DNA of 64,000 nt from Octopus sinensis (Eukaryota): positions 6,882,001 to 6,946,000 of the forward strand of contig NC_043016.1 of NCBI RefSeq assembly GCF_006345805.1. The letters are read 5' to 3'. Positions within the stretch are counted from its first letter, which is position 1; every line of letters starts with the position of its first letter. The notes beneath the pieces were generated by a model that saw only the letters and a list, made by a program, of their open reading frames with translations, was not told the DNA's origin and made no database searches. The translations under genes and the position numbers were made by a program. Shown here in pieces: positions 37,530 to 50,146 of the stretch.

Positions 37530-38337
37530 CATGCACGCATGCATACATACAAACATACATATATACAAACATACATACATACATACATACATACATACAT
37601 ACATACATACATGCATACATACATACATACATACATACATACACACGCATACATACACACACATACATACATACATGCATACATACATACATACATACAA
37701 ACATACACACACATACATACATACATACACATACATACATACATATATATACATGCATACATACATACATACATACACACACACACATACATACATACAT
37801 GCATACATACACACACACATACATACATATACATACATACATACATGCATACATACATACATACATACATACATACACACGCATACATACACACACATAC
37901 ATACATACATGCATACATACATACATACATACAAACATACACACACATACATACATACATACACATACATACATACATATATATACATGCATACATACAT
38001 ACATACATACACACACACACATACATACATACATGCATACATACACACACACATACATACATACATACATACATACATACATACATACATACAAACATAC
38101 ATACATACAAACATACATACATACTTACATACATACAAACATACATACATACAAACATACATACATACAAACATACATACATACACACACACATACATAC
38201 ATACATACCTACATATAAACACATACATACATACATACATACATACATACATACATACATACATACATACATACACACACATACATACATACATACATAT
38301 AAACATACATACATACATACATACATACATACATACA

Positions 38338-38367
<30 letters not shown>
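37530..38367. repeat. (TACA)n array containing a 234-bp tandem duplication
   Basis: Variant markers repeat at +234 (CGC at 37646/37880; ACATATATATACATGC at 37741/37975). Confidence 0.9.
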
Positions 38368-38368
<1 letters not shown>

Positions 38369-38735
38369 CTCTCTATATATAAACGGCAAAATGTCTGTCT
38401 GTGTGTGTGTCCTTTATACAAATCCACAAGTTTTCAGTTAGAGGGCTCGCACTTTCTATGGTCACTCAAAACCGTCCAAGGGTGGTCATGCACATCTTTA
38501 CATTTCCCCAGTCGACCCGCAAAATCATTAAAAAATCAATAGAAGTGACTTTTTTGTGAATTTTCTATCCAAAACCCAATCAAAATACCCGAAACTTGAT
38601 ACGCCAATTGAATGCCAGCTAGCTGTATGTGATTGGTCGGAGATTTGGACAGTACTCGCGTGTATGTGCGCACGCACGCAGCTGTATATGGATGCACTAG
38701 CACTATGACCTGGCAACGCCGGATCATAATCCTTG
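38368..38735 (+). mobile_element. Non-autonomous Helitron-like element
   Basis: A|TC start followed by TCTCTATATATAAACGGCAAAATGTCTGTCTG; 3' GC hairpin CCTGGCAACGCCGG then CTTG|T (CTAG-like); no TSD. Confidence 0.55.
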
Positions 38736-39229
38736 TATGTAATATAATATAATATAATATAATATAATATAATATAATATAATATAATATAATATATAAT
38801 CTGTTCTGTATCTTAATTCTTTTAAATATATTGCTGAAGTTTATTTTCTTCTACTGATGTTGTAGTATTGTGTGTCTTGGTATGAAGCCCTAAACCTTAG
38901 ACCAACTGATGAAGTTGCACATTTTTCTTTTTTTTTTTTTAATGTTAGACCAAATACTTTCGTAAGTAATCTGAATAATTTGTGTTAATGCTACAATTTT
39001 GTTAATATATGTTTAGTTTAAATTTTGAATTGCTTAGCATTAAAAGAAAAAAAATTATTATCATATTACTAGTAACTGTGCATACATACTTGTATTTCTG
39101 TATGCTCATAAGCATATACATATACGTGTATATATATATATACACACAAACACGTAACAAGTATTGAAGGTTTCTTATTTCATTCAATTCTCACGATCAC
39201 ATTATCAGGCGTGGCGCAAACAAACGGAT

Positions 39230-39285
39230 ACTTTTCTGCCCTTGTTGCTGCTGTCCTCCTCTTCCTCCTCCTCCTCCTCCATCAA

Positions 39286-39348
<63 letters not shown>

Positions 39349-39358
39349 GTTGTTGTTG

Positions 39359-39396
<38 letters not shown>

Positions 39397-39422
39397 GTTG
39401 TGTTGTTATTATTATTTTATTA

Positions 39423-39460
<38 letters not shown>

Positions 39461-39467
39461 GTTGTTG

Positions 39468-39508
<41 letters not shown>

Positions 39509-39515
39509 GTTGTTG

Positions 39516-39561
<46 letters not shown>

Positions 39562-39572
39562 CATTATTATTA

Positions 39573-39619
<47 letters not shown>

Positions 39620-39710
39620 GTTGTTGTTGTTATTATTATTATATTATATTATTATTATTATAGTATTATTATTGTTATTATTATTATTATCATTATTATT
39701 ATTATATAAT
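39230..39710. repeat. (CTC)n-(TTA)n/(TTG)n microsatellite
   Basis: Direct reading. Confidence 0.95.
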
Positions 39711-39990
39711 TTCTTAGTGTTTCAGTCATTTGGCTGCGACCACGCTGGGGCACCACCTTCAAAAGTTTCCATTCGAGCGAATCGACTCCAGTACACTTTT
39801 AAAGCCTAGTACTTATTGCATCGTTCTCTTTTGACAAACCACTGAGTTACGGGGACATAAACAAACCAACACCATTGTTGAACGATGGTGGGAAGGCAAA
39901 CATAGGTACAAAGACTCACATACACACACACACACACACATACAGACACGCACACACGCGCGCTCATGCACACACACATGCACGTATATA
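39710..39990 (-). mobile_element. Diverged CORE-like SINE 3' half
   Basis: Reverse complement of the 10381 family tail. Confidence 0.7.
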
Positions 39991-40029
39991 TATACCTACC
40001 TACATACATACATAGACCACGGCAACATC

Positions 40030-40600
40030 TCTTTATTTTATGCCAGTGGACAGTGTATTCGATGAAGACTCTGAAAAGTAAAGCTCGTCAATGCAAAATT
40101 GAAGGTGTAAAACCACAATTCTTGTGGAATTCCCGATTTTTTTTTACTGTTTCGGGCAATGCGAGCAGATGCTGGTGATTATAGAGGGAAGAAAACCCAA
40201 ATGTTTCGTGTGTGGGAATACCAGTCACCTCAGAGCCGAGTCCATTGTGATGATTGCCCCACCGCCCTCCTTTAATCAAGCAGACAAGGCAATTTTCTTT
40301 TGCCTGGTGACTGAGGCGAAAGAAGTTGTCTTGTAGCAGAGAGGAATAAGGACAGAGACATTAACCTTTGGTAGAACTCTAGTAGAAAGAGAGGTGTTAT
40401 CCTTGAGTGAATGTATTGAAAGGTGGGTGAAAGTTCCGAAAATGGCAAAAGCAGATGGTACCGCTCTGACTTTTATGATAATTAACTTACTAGAAGTAAT
40501 CTTTTTAACCTTAGATTTAATTTCATTGTATAAAATATTATTTCATGTTACTGAAATTATTATGAACAGTATCAATCAACCACATTAAGATAATAAACTG
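40030..40600 (+). mobile_element. Degraded Tx1-like ORF1 fragment with zinc knuckle
   Basis: MLVIIEGRKPKCFVCGNTSHLR parallels YVVVEGRRPRCYTCGSEAHLK at 51465-51530. Confidence 0.65.
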
Positions 40601-41415
40601 CCTGACCACTGGAACTCATCCCTTCAAGAAGAAAATCAATAAGAGCCTGAACTAGCTGTAACCGGGGCAGGACATGGCGGTCAGGCGATAAATGATGATG
40701 GAGGCGACAAGGAAGCTGTTATATAGACAATCGGTCAGCTAGAAATAGCAACCAAATCTTTCAAAAACCACGATTTGCTCTTTCTTGAAGACACACTGTT
40801 CTTGGTAGGTTGTGATCGAAATCTGAGAAGAATGGTCGTAGTTGTAACGCCTTTGGTATGGATACCATACCTAACATTCATAAATGTACAGAAAGAACGG
40901 ATATTTACAGCTGGTTTTGGTGATAGGTTTGCTCAATCTGGGTCTACCTGAGATAAACAACAAAAACAACAACACGGATTACCAATGGAACTTTTATGCT
41001 GTTACTTGATCCCTTTAACGATGTAACAAAATCTTCCCCTGCCAAGAACGTTACTGTTGTTAAAATGAGGGCAAAATAAGTCAACGAAGGAGATACAATA
41101 CAATTCGTTAACCTTTGTAATGAAAAGATCTAAATCTACTTTTCCTTGACAAAATACCAGCCTTTTGTTGCTTTTAAAATCGCACAAATCCAAGAAGTTA
41201 TAGTTTGATACGTTCAGTGTCATAAATATTCAGCAAATGTCACCTGTAAACTCCTTTAAATCGTCTTTATCTCTGTGCCTGTCTTACATATTTTCCCTTC
41301 ATGTGATAAAAACATTCCGATTTCTTTTCAACCACCAGAGTAAATTGGGACTTGTGGAAGGAAAGCTTTATATTACTCAGAACGTTTGAAATAGGGGCAA
41401 ACTAAAAGTCTGAAT

Positions 41416-41597
41416 TGTGTCTGGGGAGAGTCATTTTCTTTTTGTGCCTTATTATGTAACACACTCACTGGTAAAATTTCCACGTTTTTCTTATTTTTAT
41501 TGTCTTAAAATTTTCGTTGCGTCTTGCAACCTTTTCAATAGTTTTGAGTGTGTCACATAATAAGACACAAAAAGAAAATGACTCTTCCTAGACACAA
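41416..41597. repeat. Inverted repeat (41416-41467 / 41545-41597) enclosing a decayed hammerhead-like motif; related hairpin at 45277-45408
   Basis: Arms are reverse complements; minus-strand TTGAAAA-G-GTTGC-AAGAC-GCAAC-GAAA at about 41512-41538. Confidence 0.7.
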
Positions 41598-41988
41598 TAG
41601 GATATGCTTCAACACACGAACTCATATAAAGAATCTTGCAAACCAAAAACGAAATATAGAAGTCTGAAAATAAACATGAACGTTTATGACAAAGCTATGG
41701 AAATGCTTTGAACGAATAAAAAGATAAAATAAAGGGACCACATTTATTGTAACAATAAGATTATTTTCTATAAGCTTCCCTAGAAAAAGACCATCTGAAT
41801 CGCTAGTTGGGGAGCTTTTATGTCAGTAATTCCTATTACGACCCAATTTGGCAAATCGAAAATGCCTCTCCGACCCCTTTTTCAACAAAGGCACCCCTGT
41901 ATTACGAAAGTGTTGCGCTCCTGACAATCTCGCCGTAAGGTAGACCTTCGTAACGCGAAACACATTTTCTCATCCATTTGTCTCACAG

Positions 41989-42050
41989 ATATCGACAAGC
42001 ATGAAAATAAAACTGGATAGTACGTTTCGCGATTTAGAACCCGAAAGACG
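41989..42050 (+). other. Candidate 62-bp host exon
   Basis: Pyrimidine tract CACATTTTCTCATCCATTTGTCTCACAG|, donor ACG|GTGAGT, one open frame ISTSMKIKLDSTFRDLEPER; non-repetitive, CpG-rich context. Confidence 0.4.
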
Positions 42051-42118
42051 GTGAGTAATCGCGACGTAATAATTCCATAAGGTATTTCAATATGAAACAA
42101 TTTGATAAAAAAAATACC

Positions 42119-42351
42119 TATTTCTTTACTACCCAGAAGGGGCTAAACACAAAGGGGACAAATAAGGACAGACAAACGGACTAAGTCGATTATATCTACC
42201 CCAGTGCGTAACTGGTACTTATTTAATCGACTCCGAAAGGATAAAAGGTAAAGTCGACCTCGGCGGAATTTGAACTCAGAACGTAGCAGCAGACGAAATA
42301 CCGCTAAGCATTTCGTCCGGCGTGCTAATGACTCTGCTAGCTTGCCGCCTT
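42119..42351 (-). mobile_element. Meta-like SINE, 13-bp TSD
   Basis: TSD TAAAAAAAATACC at 42106-42118 and 42352-42364. Confidence 0.88.
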
Positions 42352-43739
42352 TAAAAAAAATACCATAAACATTTGGTACTTTTGTTGAGGAAATATTCCT
42401 GTATATTTTTATTATCCTTATTTAAAATAAATGTTGTGCTGTGGTCTGTATTGCTTATTATTTAATACATATCAATGAATATTTTATATTTTTGTTTTTC
42501 ACAAATTTGAAATGTATGTAATTTAATTTTCGTGACCTTTTCGTTATTATATTGTGGCTGAGAGCGAAACAATTGTTCTAAGAAATGTGTGTTAAGATTT
42601 GTAGAGATCCTTGAAAAGCAAAAATGCCTTTGCTGGACAGCTGTGAGAATCAAGTGACGTTATCTCTCTAGATATATCAATTATACCAAAATAAGAAAGA
42701 AAAATATCAGTAAAAGAGATATCTATTCCTCATCAGTTTAACATCATAAATCTGGACCAAGCACTCGCTCTTAACTGCCATTATTTTACATGATATATAT
42801 TGTAACTGAAACTTTTTTTACAGCCTTAGTACTTCGAACAATTAGTATAATTTGTGTCTTAATTATATAAGTAGTTCTAAGTAGTTGCTTAATCTGTAAA
42901 GTTTAACAATCAAATCACCTTCCCGCATACTCCCTTAGAGTTCCCTATCTTTTTAAATCAGAACTGAAAAACTTGCTTCTAAGTAACTACTTGACCTGAA
43001 CTGCCAAATAATGGAAATTTCTAACTAAGCGACAAAGCCAATGCTTCGTATAGAGGAGCGGTTCGTCGGTCAAGTCGATTAAACACGTTGGCAGCAATTA
43101 TTTTTCTGGTGTTTTAATACATTCTGATGTTGTTGAATTATAATAAAGGAGTGGCATTGAAAGAATGTCTATAAAAGAAAAAGGGGACATTCAAAATAAA
43201 CAGTTTGAGAAGCATGGGACGAAGCTATTAATTTTTAAAAAGGAACATTGAATGTTTTCGATGAGGTATGTCTAACAAAAAAGATATATATATAATGCTT
43301 TTTGTTTAGCCCCAGGTCATCCTTGGTTCAGACAGACTTATGAACAAGCATGTTCTAGACATAACCTTTTTATCTTTTATTCAGACGCAGTATATCTAGG
43401 ACTACAATATCTATTGTTTAGTACTTTGCTAGTAACTTCAGCTGATTCTGTTGTTGCTGTTATTGTTATTGCTGTTGCTTATGCCCAGGTCAATCCTGAG
43501 TCAATAGTCGAAAGTATAGTATGGTAGTTAGTATTAATGGTTATAGCTATTTCTCTACTACCCACGAGGGGCTAAACACAGAGGGGACAAACAAATGGAT
43601 TAAATCGATTATATCGACGCATATAAACTAATAAGACCGGTTTTCCAGTTTCTGTGGCGTATATATTACCCACTGGACAGGACGCCGGTCCATCGCAGGA
43701 CTTTCTCATTTTTGCCAACTGACTGAGTGGAAGATGTTT

Positions 43740-43935
43740 CATGGCATGCCCTGCACCATACGGCAGGATGTGATTGGGGAAGATCTCTTGAGGCTTGACG
43801 TCACCTTGGGGGATGTAGAGGGGCTGACACGGAACTGTCTGCGATGGAGAGCACTAGTGGGACCAACAGCCTGCAATTATACCAGCTATATCAAGCAAGC
43901 AAGCGAGTAAGCAAGCAAGCAAGCGAGTAAGCAAG
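43740..43935 (+). mobile_element. RTE LINE 3' end with (AAGC)n tail nested in a SINE
   Basis: RQDVIGEDLLRLDVTLGDVEGLTRNCLRWRALV resembles RTE C-termini; flanking SINE halves 43620-43737 and 43936-44070. Confidence 0.6.
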
Positions 43936-44182
43936 CAAGCGAGTGAACTTGGAGCAACGCGAAATGAAGCATTTTGCTCAAGAACACAACGCATTGCTTG
44001 ATCCAAGAATCGAAACCACAGTTCTACGATCATGAGTGCAGCACCGCAACCACTAAGCCATGCCCACACTCTTTATGTCTGAAAAAGAAAATGGGATTGT
44101 CGTAGCTGAAACATCTCTGATCATAGGACTGTTGAATCAGGATTGACCAGAGACTAAAAGACAACAACAGCTATAACCATTA

Positions 44183-44402
44183 GGCGGCAAGCTGGCCGAA
44201 ACGTTAGCACGTCGGACGAAATGCGTAGCCGTATTTCGTCTGGCATTACGTTCTGAGTTCAAATTCCGCCGAGGTCGACTTTGCCTTTCATCCTTTCGGG
44301 GTCGATAAATTAAGTACCAGTTATGCACTGGAGTCGATGCAATCGACTTAATCCATTTGTTTATCCCCTCTGTGTTTAGCCCCTCGTGGGTAGTAGAGAA
44401 AT
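44183..44402 (+). mobile_element. Meta-like SINE, 14-bp TSD
   Basis: TSD AGCTATAACCATTA at 44169-44182 and 44403-44416. Confidence 0.9.
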
Positions 44403-45416
44403 AGCTATAACCATTAATACTAACTACCATACTATACTTTCGACTATTGACTCAGGATTGACCTGGGCATAAGCAACAGCTATAACAATAACAGCAACAA
44501 CAGAATCAGCTGAAGTTACTAGCAAAGTACTAAACAATAGATATTGTAGTCCTAGATATACTGCGTCTGAATAAAAGATAAAATGGTTATGTCTAGAACA
44601 TGCTTGTTCATAAGTCTGTCTGGACCAAGGATGACCTGGGGCTAAACAAAAGCAACAGCTATAGCTACAAATACAAGCTACTATACATTAAATAATGTAG
44701 ACCTAGGTGCATTATGTCACAGTTGCAACATCAATGTATGTTGGGCAACTGCTTTCTAATACTGCGTCGAGCAGACTGATGATTTTGGTGTGAAATTTGT
44801 AGTCAGAAACTCAGAAACTGGGTGGAAACTTGTCATTCGTCCTTAATCGAAAGACACCTGTTGTTATATCCTGTTTTTTGCATTTTTATCTGTGTACCAT
44901 TTCTCTTTTTTTTCTGTCCTTGTTTTCGTATACATTCGCTGCTCTCTTCCAAGGAATCTAATGCTCTTAGCTTAGTTTTTCCTTGGAGCAGGCCAGATTG
45001 GAGCAATCTCGAGTATAACCAGCCGAAATTGCAAAGATAATCTGGAACTCGACTGAGGAAAGAAAACTTTGAATGACCCGTCCGTGTTTTTTCTTGTCCC
45101 CGCTTTTATATCCTCAGTCTGGATGTCTTGAGTACTTGTCCCTTTTTTTGTGTTCTTTTTTATATACATATGGCAGCGTACATACACTTTGGTCTCCGAT
45201 ATATATATATAGTTTTTGCATTTGATTTGCAAGATTCTTTATGTGAATTTGTGTATTGGAGCATATCTTACTGTCTCTGGGAAGAGTCATTCTCTTTTAG
45301 TGCCTTATTAATTTAACACACTCACCGATAAATAAAGAAATAAGTAAATGAGTGGAAATTGGTGACTGCTAAATTAATAAGGCACTAAAAGAGAACGACT
45401 CTCCCCAGACACGATG

Positions 45417-45470
<54 letters not shown>

Positions 45471-46089
45471 AATAGTATCTTATTTGTTACACCTGTAGCA
45501 CACTGTTTAAGTTTCATGTCAGGATAGAGCTATGTGGTTTACGTTAGCGATGAAACCGCTGCTGTTCTGAGAACCATTAGGCTTGTCATCAAAATTATTA
45601 GCGTTAGTACGAGATTTTCTTTTTTCTTTTTTATGTAAAAATGTCTAGAATGAATGCTTCGTTTCGCCACAATGAGTCGGTAACTTAGTTGCGTCTTTTG
45701 CATTATCAGCAACTGGTTTATTTTAAAAAGTTTAAAAACCTTAAATACGGGGTGATGGGCGTAATCTTCTAATCTTCTTAAATAGAAGACAAAGTATTTT
45801 ATAACCACATTTATGCCGTGTCATATTTACTTGAAATGCGTACGTTTTGTATTGGTGCGTGGCACACTTGGTACGCTTGGTGGAATCTTAAAACGATTAT
45901 TCTGAGAAAATCATGTCAGTGATTAGACATTTCATTTCATTGAAGAGATTGAAATATATCTGACGTTCTCTGTACTTAACAAATATTAGACCCAATCACC
46001 ATCTACTCACCCACCACATCTTAAGACTGAATTTCCAATCGACTTAAACCTCAAAGTTGTCTCTTTTGCAGTCGTTGTTAAGAATTACC

Positions 46090-46320
46090 AATTTCTTTAC
46101 TACCCACAAGGGGCTAAACATAGAGGGGACAAACAAGGACAGACGAAGGAATTAAGTCGATTACATTGACCCCAGTGCGTAACTGGTACTTAATTTATCG
46201 ACCCCGAAAGGATGAAAGGCAAAGTCGACCTCGGCGGAATTTCAACTCAGAACGTAGCGGCAGACGAAATACCGCTAAGCATTTCGCCTGGCGTGCTAAC
46301 GTTTCGGCCAGCTCGCCGCC
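46090..46320 (-). mobile_element. Meta-like SINE, 15-bp TSD
   Basis: TSD TTGTTAAGAATTACC at 46075-46089 and 46321-46335. Confidence 0.9.
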
Positions 46321-46708
46321 TTGTTAAGAATTACCGTTAATGCTGGCACATTTTCGTTTTCATTCTTATTCTCATATCGGTCAAAGATTATTTCTGGTTC
46401 AATACATTACATATATTTGCTTGCACTTAGCTACGTATTTCAATAAACTTGCTCTTTACTTTTTCTTTTCCTTTTATTTATTTTTTTGTTTTGTTTTTGA
46501 GACGGTTGGAAGATTTCATTTGCTTTGTTGTCAAAAACATTCCCTTTGTTGAATATGGTACAACTAAAAACCGAGAGAAAAAGAGAAAAGAACAAAAAAA
46601 GAACAAGAACTTCAGCTAACGCGAAGTACTAGAACGCAAAACTTAGGCAATACGAAACCTTGGCGATGCGTAACTTGAGCATAGCGAAAAATTTGGCAAC
46701 ACGAAATT

Positions 46709-46747
<39 letters not shown>

Positions 46748-47229
46748 CATTACTACTATTTGTTTATTGTTCTTCAAATATGATCAAGTAGCTCTACTCG
46801 GGTATACGTAGCTGCGTGACGAATTCCGGTCATGACAAACGAGACCTCCAATGATACCTCCTCCTACTCCTCCTCCTCCTCCTCCCTACTATCGTTAGCA
46901 AATGGATTAAATAATAAATACTGAATTCTCGACGCCACACCCGATATGTGTCTATGCGCGCACGTGCGTCGGGTGCGTGCTTATTCGTGTGCGTTGTAAT
47001 GATATACTCGGGCGTGCATAAGTTTTTGTCTGAGAGTGTATGCTGTATATATAAATGCGCGTGCGCGTATCCATAAGGGTTAAAAGTTATGTGCGTATGT
47101 GAGTGTGTCTGGGTGGGTGGGTGTAAGTTGAATTTTTATTTAGTTGACAGCAACCCATACCACCGCCTACACTATGGAAAGCTAAACAAAATGACTATAC
47201 TTTGGTTTTCTGTTCGCATATAGGAAAAT

Positions 47230-48019
47230 ACAGATCTATCTATCTATCTGTCTATCTATCGATCGATCGATCTATCTATCTATCTATCTTTCTATCTACC
47301 TACCTACCTACTACCTACCTACCTACCTACCTACCTACCTAACTATCTATCTATCTACCTACCTACATAATACATACATACACATACATGTATATGCATA
47401 AAAGTACAAACACGCACGCACAAACGCACACACATACATAGGTATACATATTCATCCATACGTATTCAAACACATTCAAACATAGATATACCCGCACACT
47501 CATACATACATACATACATACATACATACACACATACATACATACATACATACATACACACATACATACATACATACATACATACATACATGCATACATA
47601 CATACATACATAAATACATACATACATACATACATACATACATACATACACACATACATACATAAATACATACATACATACATACATACATACATACATA
47701 CACACATACATACATAAATACATACATACATACACACATACATACATAAATACATACATACATACACACATACATACATACATACATACACACATACATA
47801 CACACATACATACATACATACATACATACATACACACATACATACATACATACATACACACATACATACATACATACATGCATGCATACATACATACATA
47901 CACATACTTACATACATACATACTACATACATAAACACATACATACATTCATACATACACACATACATACATACACACATACATACATACATACATGCAT
48001 GCATACATACATACATACA

Positions 48020-48053
<34 letters not shown>

Positions 48054-48665
48054 CATACACACATACATACATACATACATACATACATACATACATACAT
48101 ACACACATACATACATACATACATACATACAACATACATACAACATACATACACACATACATCATACATACATACATACATACTACAACACATACAACAT
48201 ACATACATACACACATACATACATACATACATGCATGCATACTACATACATACATACATACATACTACATACATACATACATACATACACACATACATAC
48301 ATACTACATACATACACACATACATACCATCATACATACATACATACATACATCATACATACATACACACACATACATTCATACATACATACATACATGC
48401 ATACATACATACATACTACATATATACATACACACATACATACATACATACATACATACATACATACATACATACATACATACATACATACATACATACA
48501 TACATACATACGTACATACATACATACATACATACGTACATACATACATACATACATACATACATACATACATACGTACGTACGTACGTACGTACATACA
48601 TACATACATACATACATACATACACACATACATACATACATGCATACACACACACTACAAATATA
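47230..48665. repeat. (ATCT)n/(ACCT)n then 1.3-kb (TACA)n array
   Basis: Direct reading. Confidence 0.95.
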
Positions 48666-49592
48666 CATCATGCATACATGTATACAGACACGCAGACAGA
48701 GACACAGAGACACAGAGACATACTTATCGTCTAAAGGCCAGATAATATTCATAAAAAAAAAAGATATGTTTGGCATTTGATGTAGTTGTATTTGCCTATG
48801 TGCCCACTGGCTGCTCTGAGTTATTTCCCTTAGCTACTTTTGTCTAAATTATGCAAACGTGTTCTACTCTTTTAATGTTCGAGTCCTATGTCTATTGGAA
48901 GTAAGGTTGGACAGCTGTCGTACTGATATAGGCTACAAAGCCAGAAACAAGTGTCCACTTTTATATCTCCAGACAATCAACCAGTCCTTTTCTTAAGTGG
49001 CATGTCTGTTTTAGAGAATACCTGATTCATAATACTATATACCTTTCCCAATTACTGTTGGTTTTGATTGCCATTTGGTAATTATGTCACATCTTCTATG
49101 CAGATACTTTTTAGAAGTCAAAAAATTAGATGCAGCTCGGAATTTTGTCAGTGAACAGGTTGCGATCTCAAAGCGACGAAAATATTTTCGCAAATTAAAT
49201 TTAAATGTTAAGTGAATCTAACGGTTTTTGTGTGTTTCTTAATGGCTTATAAAACACCTTCCACGCTGCAATTCTTTTTGTTCCAGCACACGATCTCAGA
49301 TCAGGTCACTTTGCTATACAAGTACTCTCCGTAAAAACTTTAGTTTCTATAGTATTTGACATACACATATTTGTCAATAAACAAATACGTCTATATATAT
49401 ATATATATATGATAGATCGTTTAGCCACTACACACATTTTTTTTCTCTCCTTGTTTTTCTGTGTCCTTTCTGTAGAAGAGCATTGCTCAAAACGTAAGAT
49501 TTTTTTCTATTCCTGAGCGTTATACTAATACATCTGTTTGTTTTGTACACCCCTGTCTTCGTCTTTGTTTTTTCGTAAACTCCCTATATATA

Positions 49593-49625
<33 letters not shown>

Positions 49626-49783
49626 GATATATACATATACATACGTGTTGTGTTGTGCATACGAGAGAGGAGGGAGAAAGAGAAAGAGAGAAATCCAACT
49701 TGCCTAGAGACCCTGCAAAAGACCATAGGCAAAAGTAAGAGTAGCAAGAAACTGCCTGGACCAAAAGCGGATATATTGTATAC

Positions 49784-49835
<52 letters not shown>

Positions 49836-50146
49836 ATCTATCTCTATCTATCTATCTATCTATCTATATTTATCTATCTATTTTATCTATCTATCTCTCT
49901 CTCTACATGGACGGACGATAGTCATATCGGCTCCACTAAGTTGGCCACTTTTACATGTTTAAAACTCCTTTTTTCAAATATTTGTTTTAATCGTTGGCAT
50001 TCATTCATCACTAAAAAACCTGAGAATTATTCACGTAGAATTCCCCCCTGTATGGGCGAAATTACAAAAAACTTTCAAAACTTTCGTGGGTTTTTTAGCC
50101 ATTTTTCATTTTGAAATGGCAACTAAAACCACGTGGCTAGCCCGCC

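Larger units (their letters stand above)
43296..44654. repeat. Inverted duplication, arms 43296-43618 and 44333-44654
   Basis: About 320-bp arms with roughly 7-8 differences by eye; includes a SINE tail, its TSD and flank. Confidence 0.9.
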
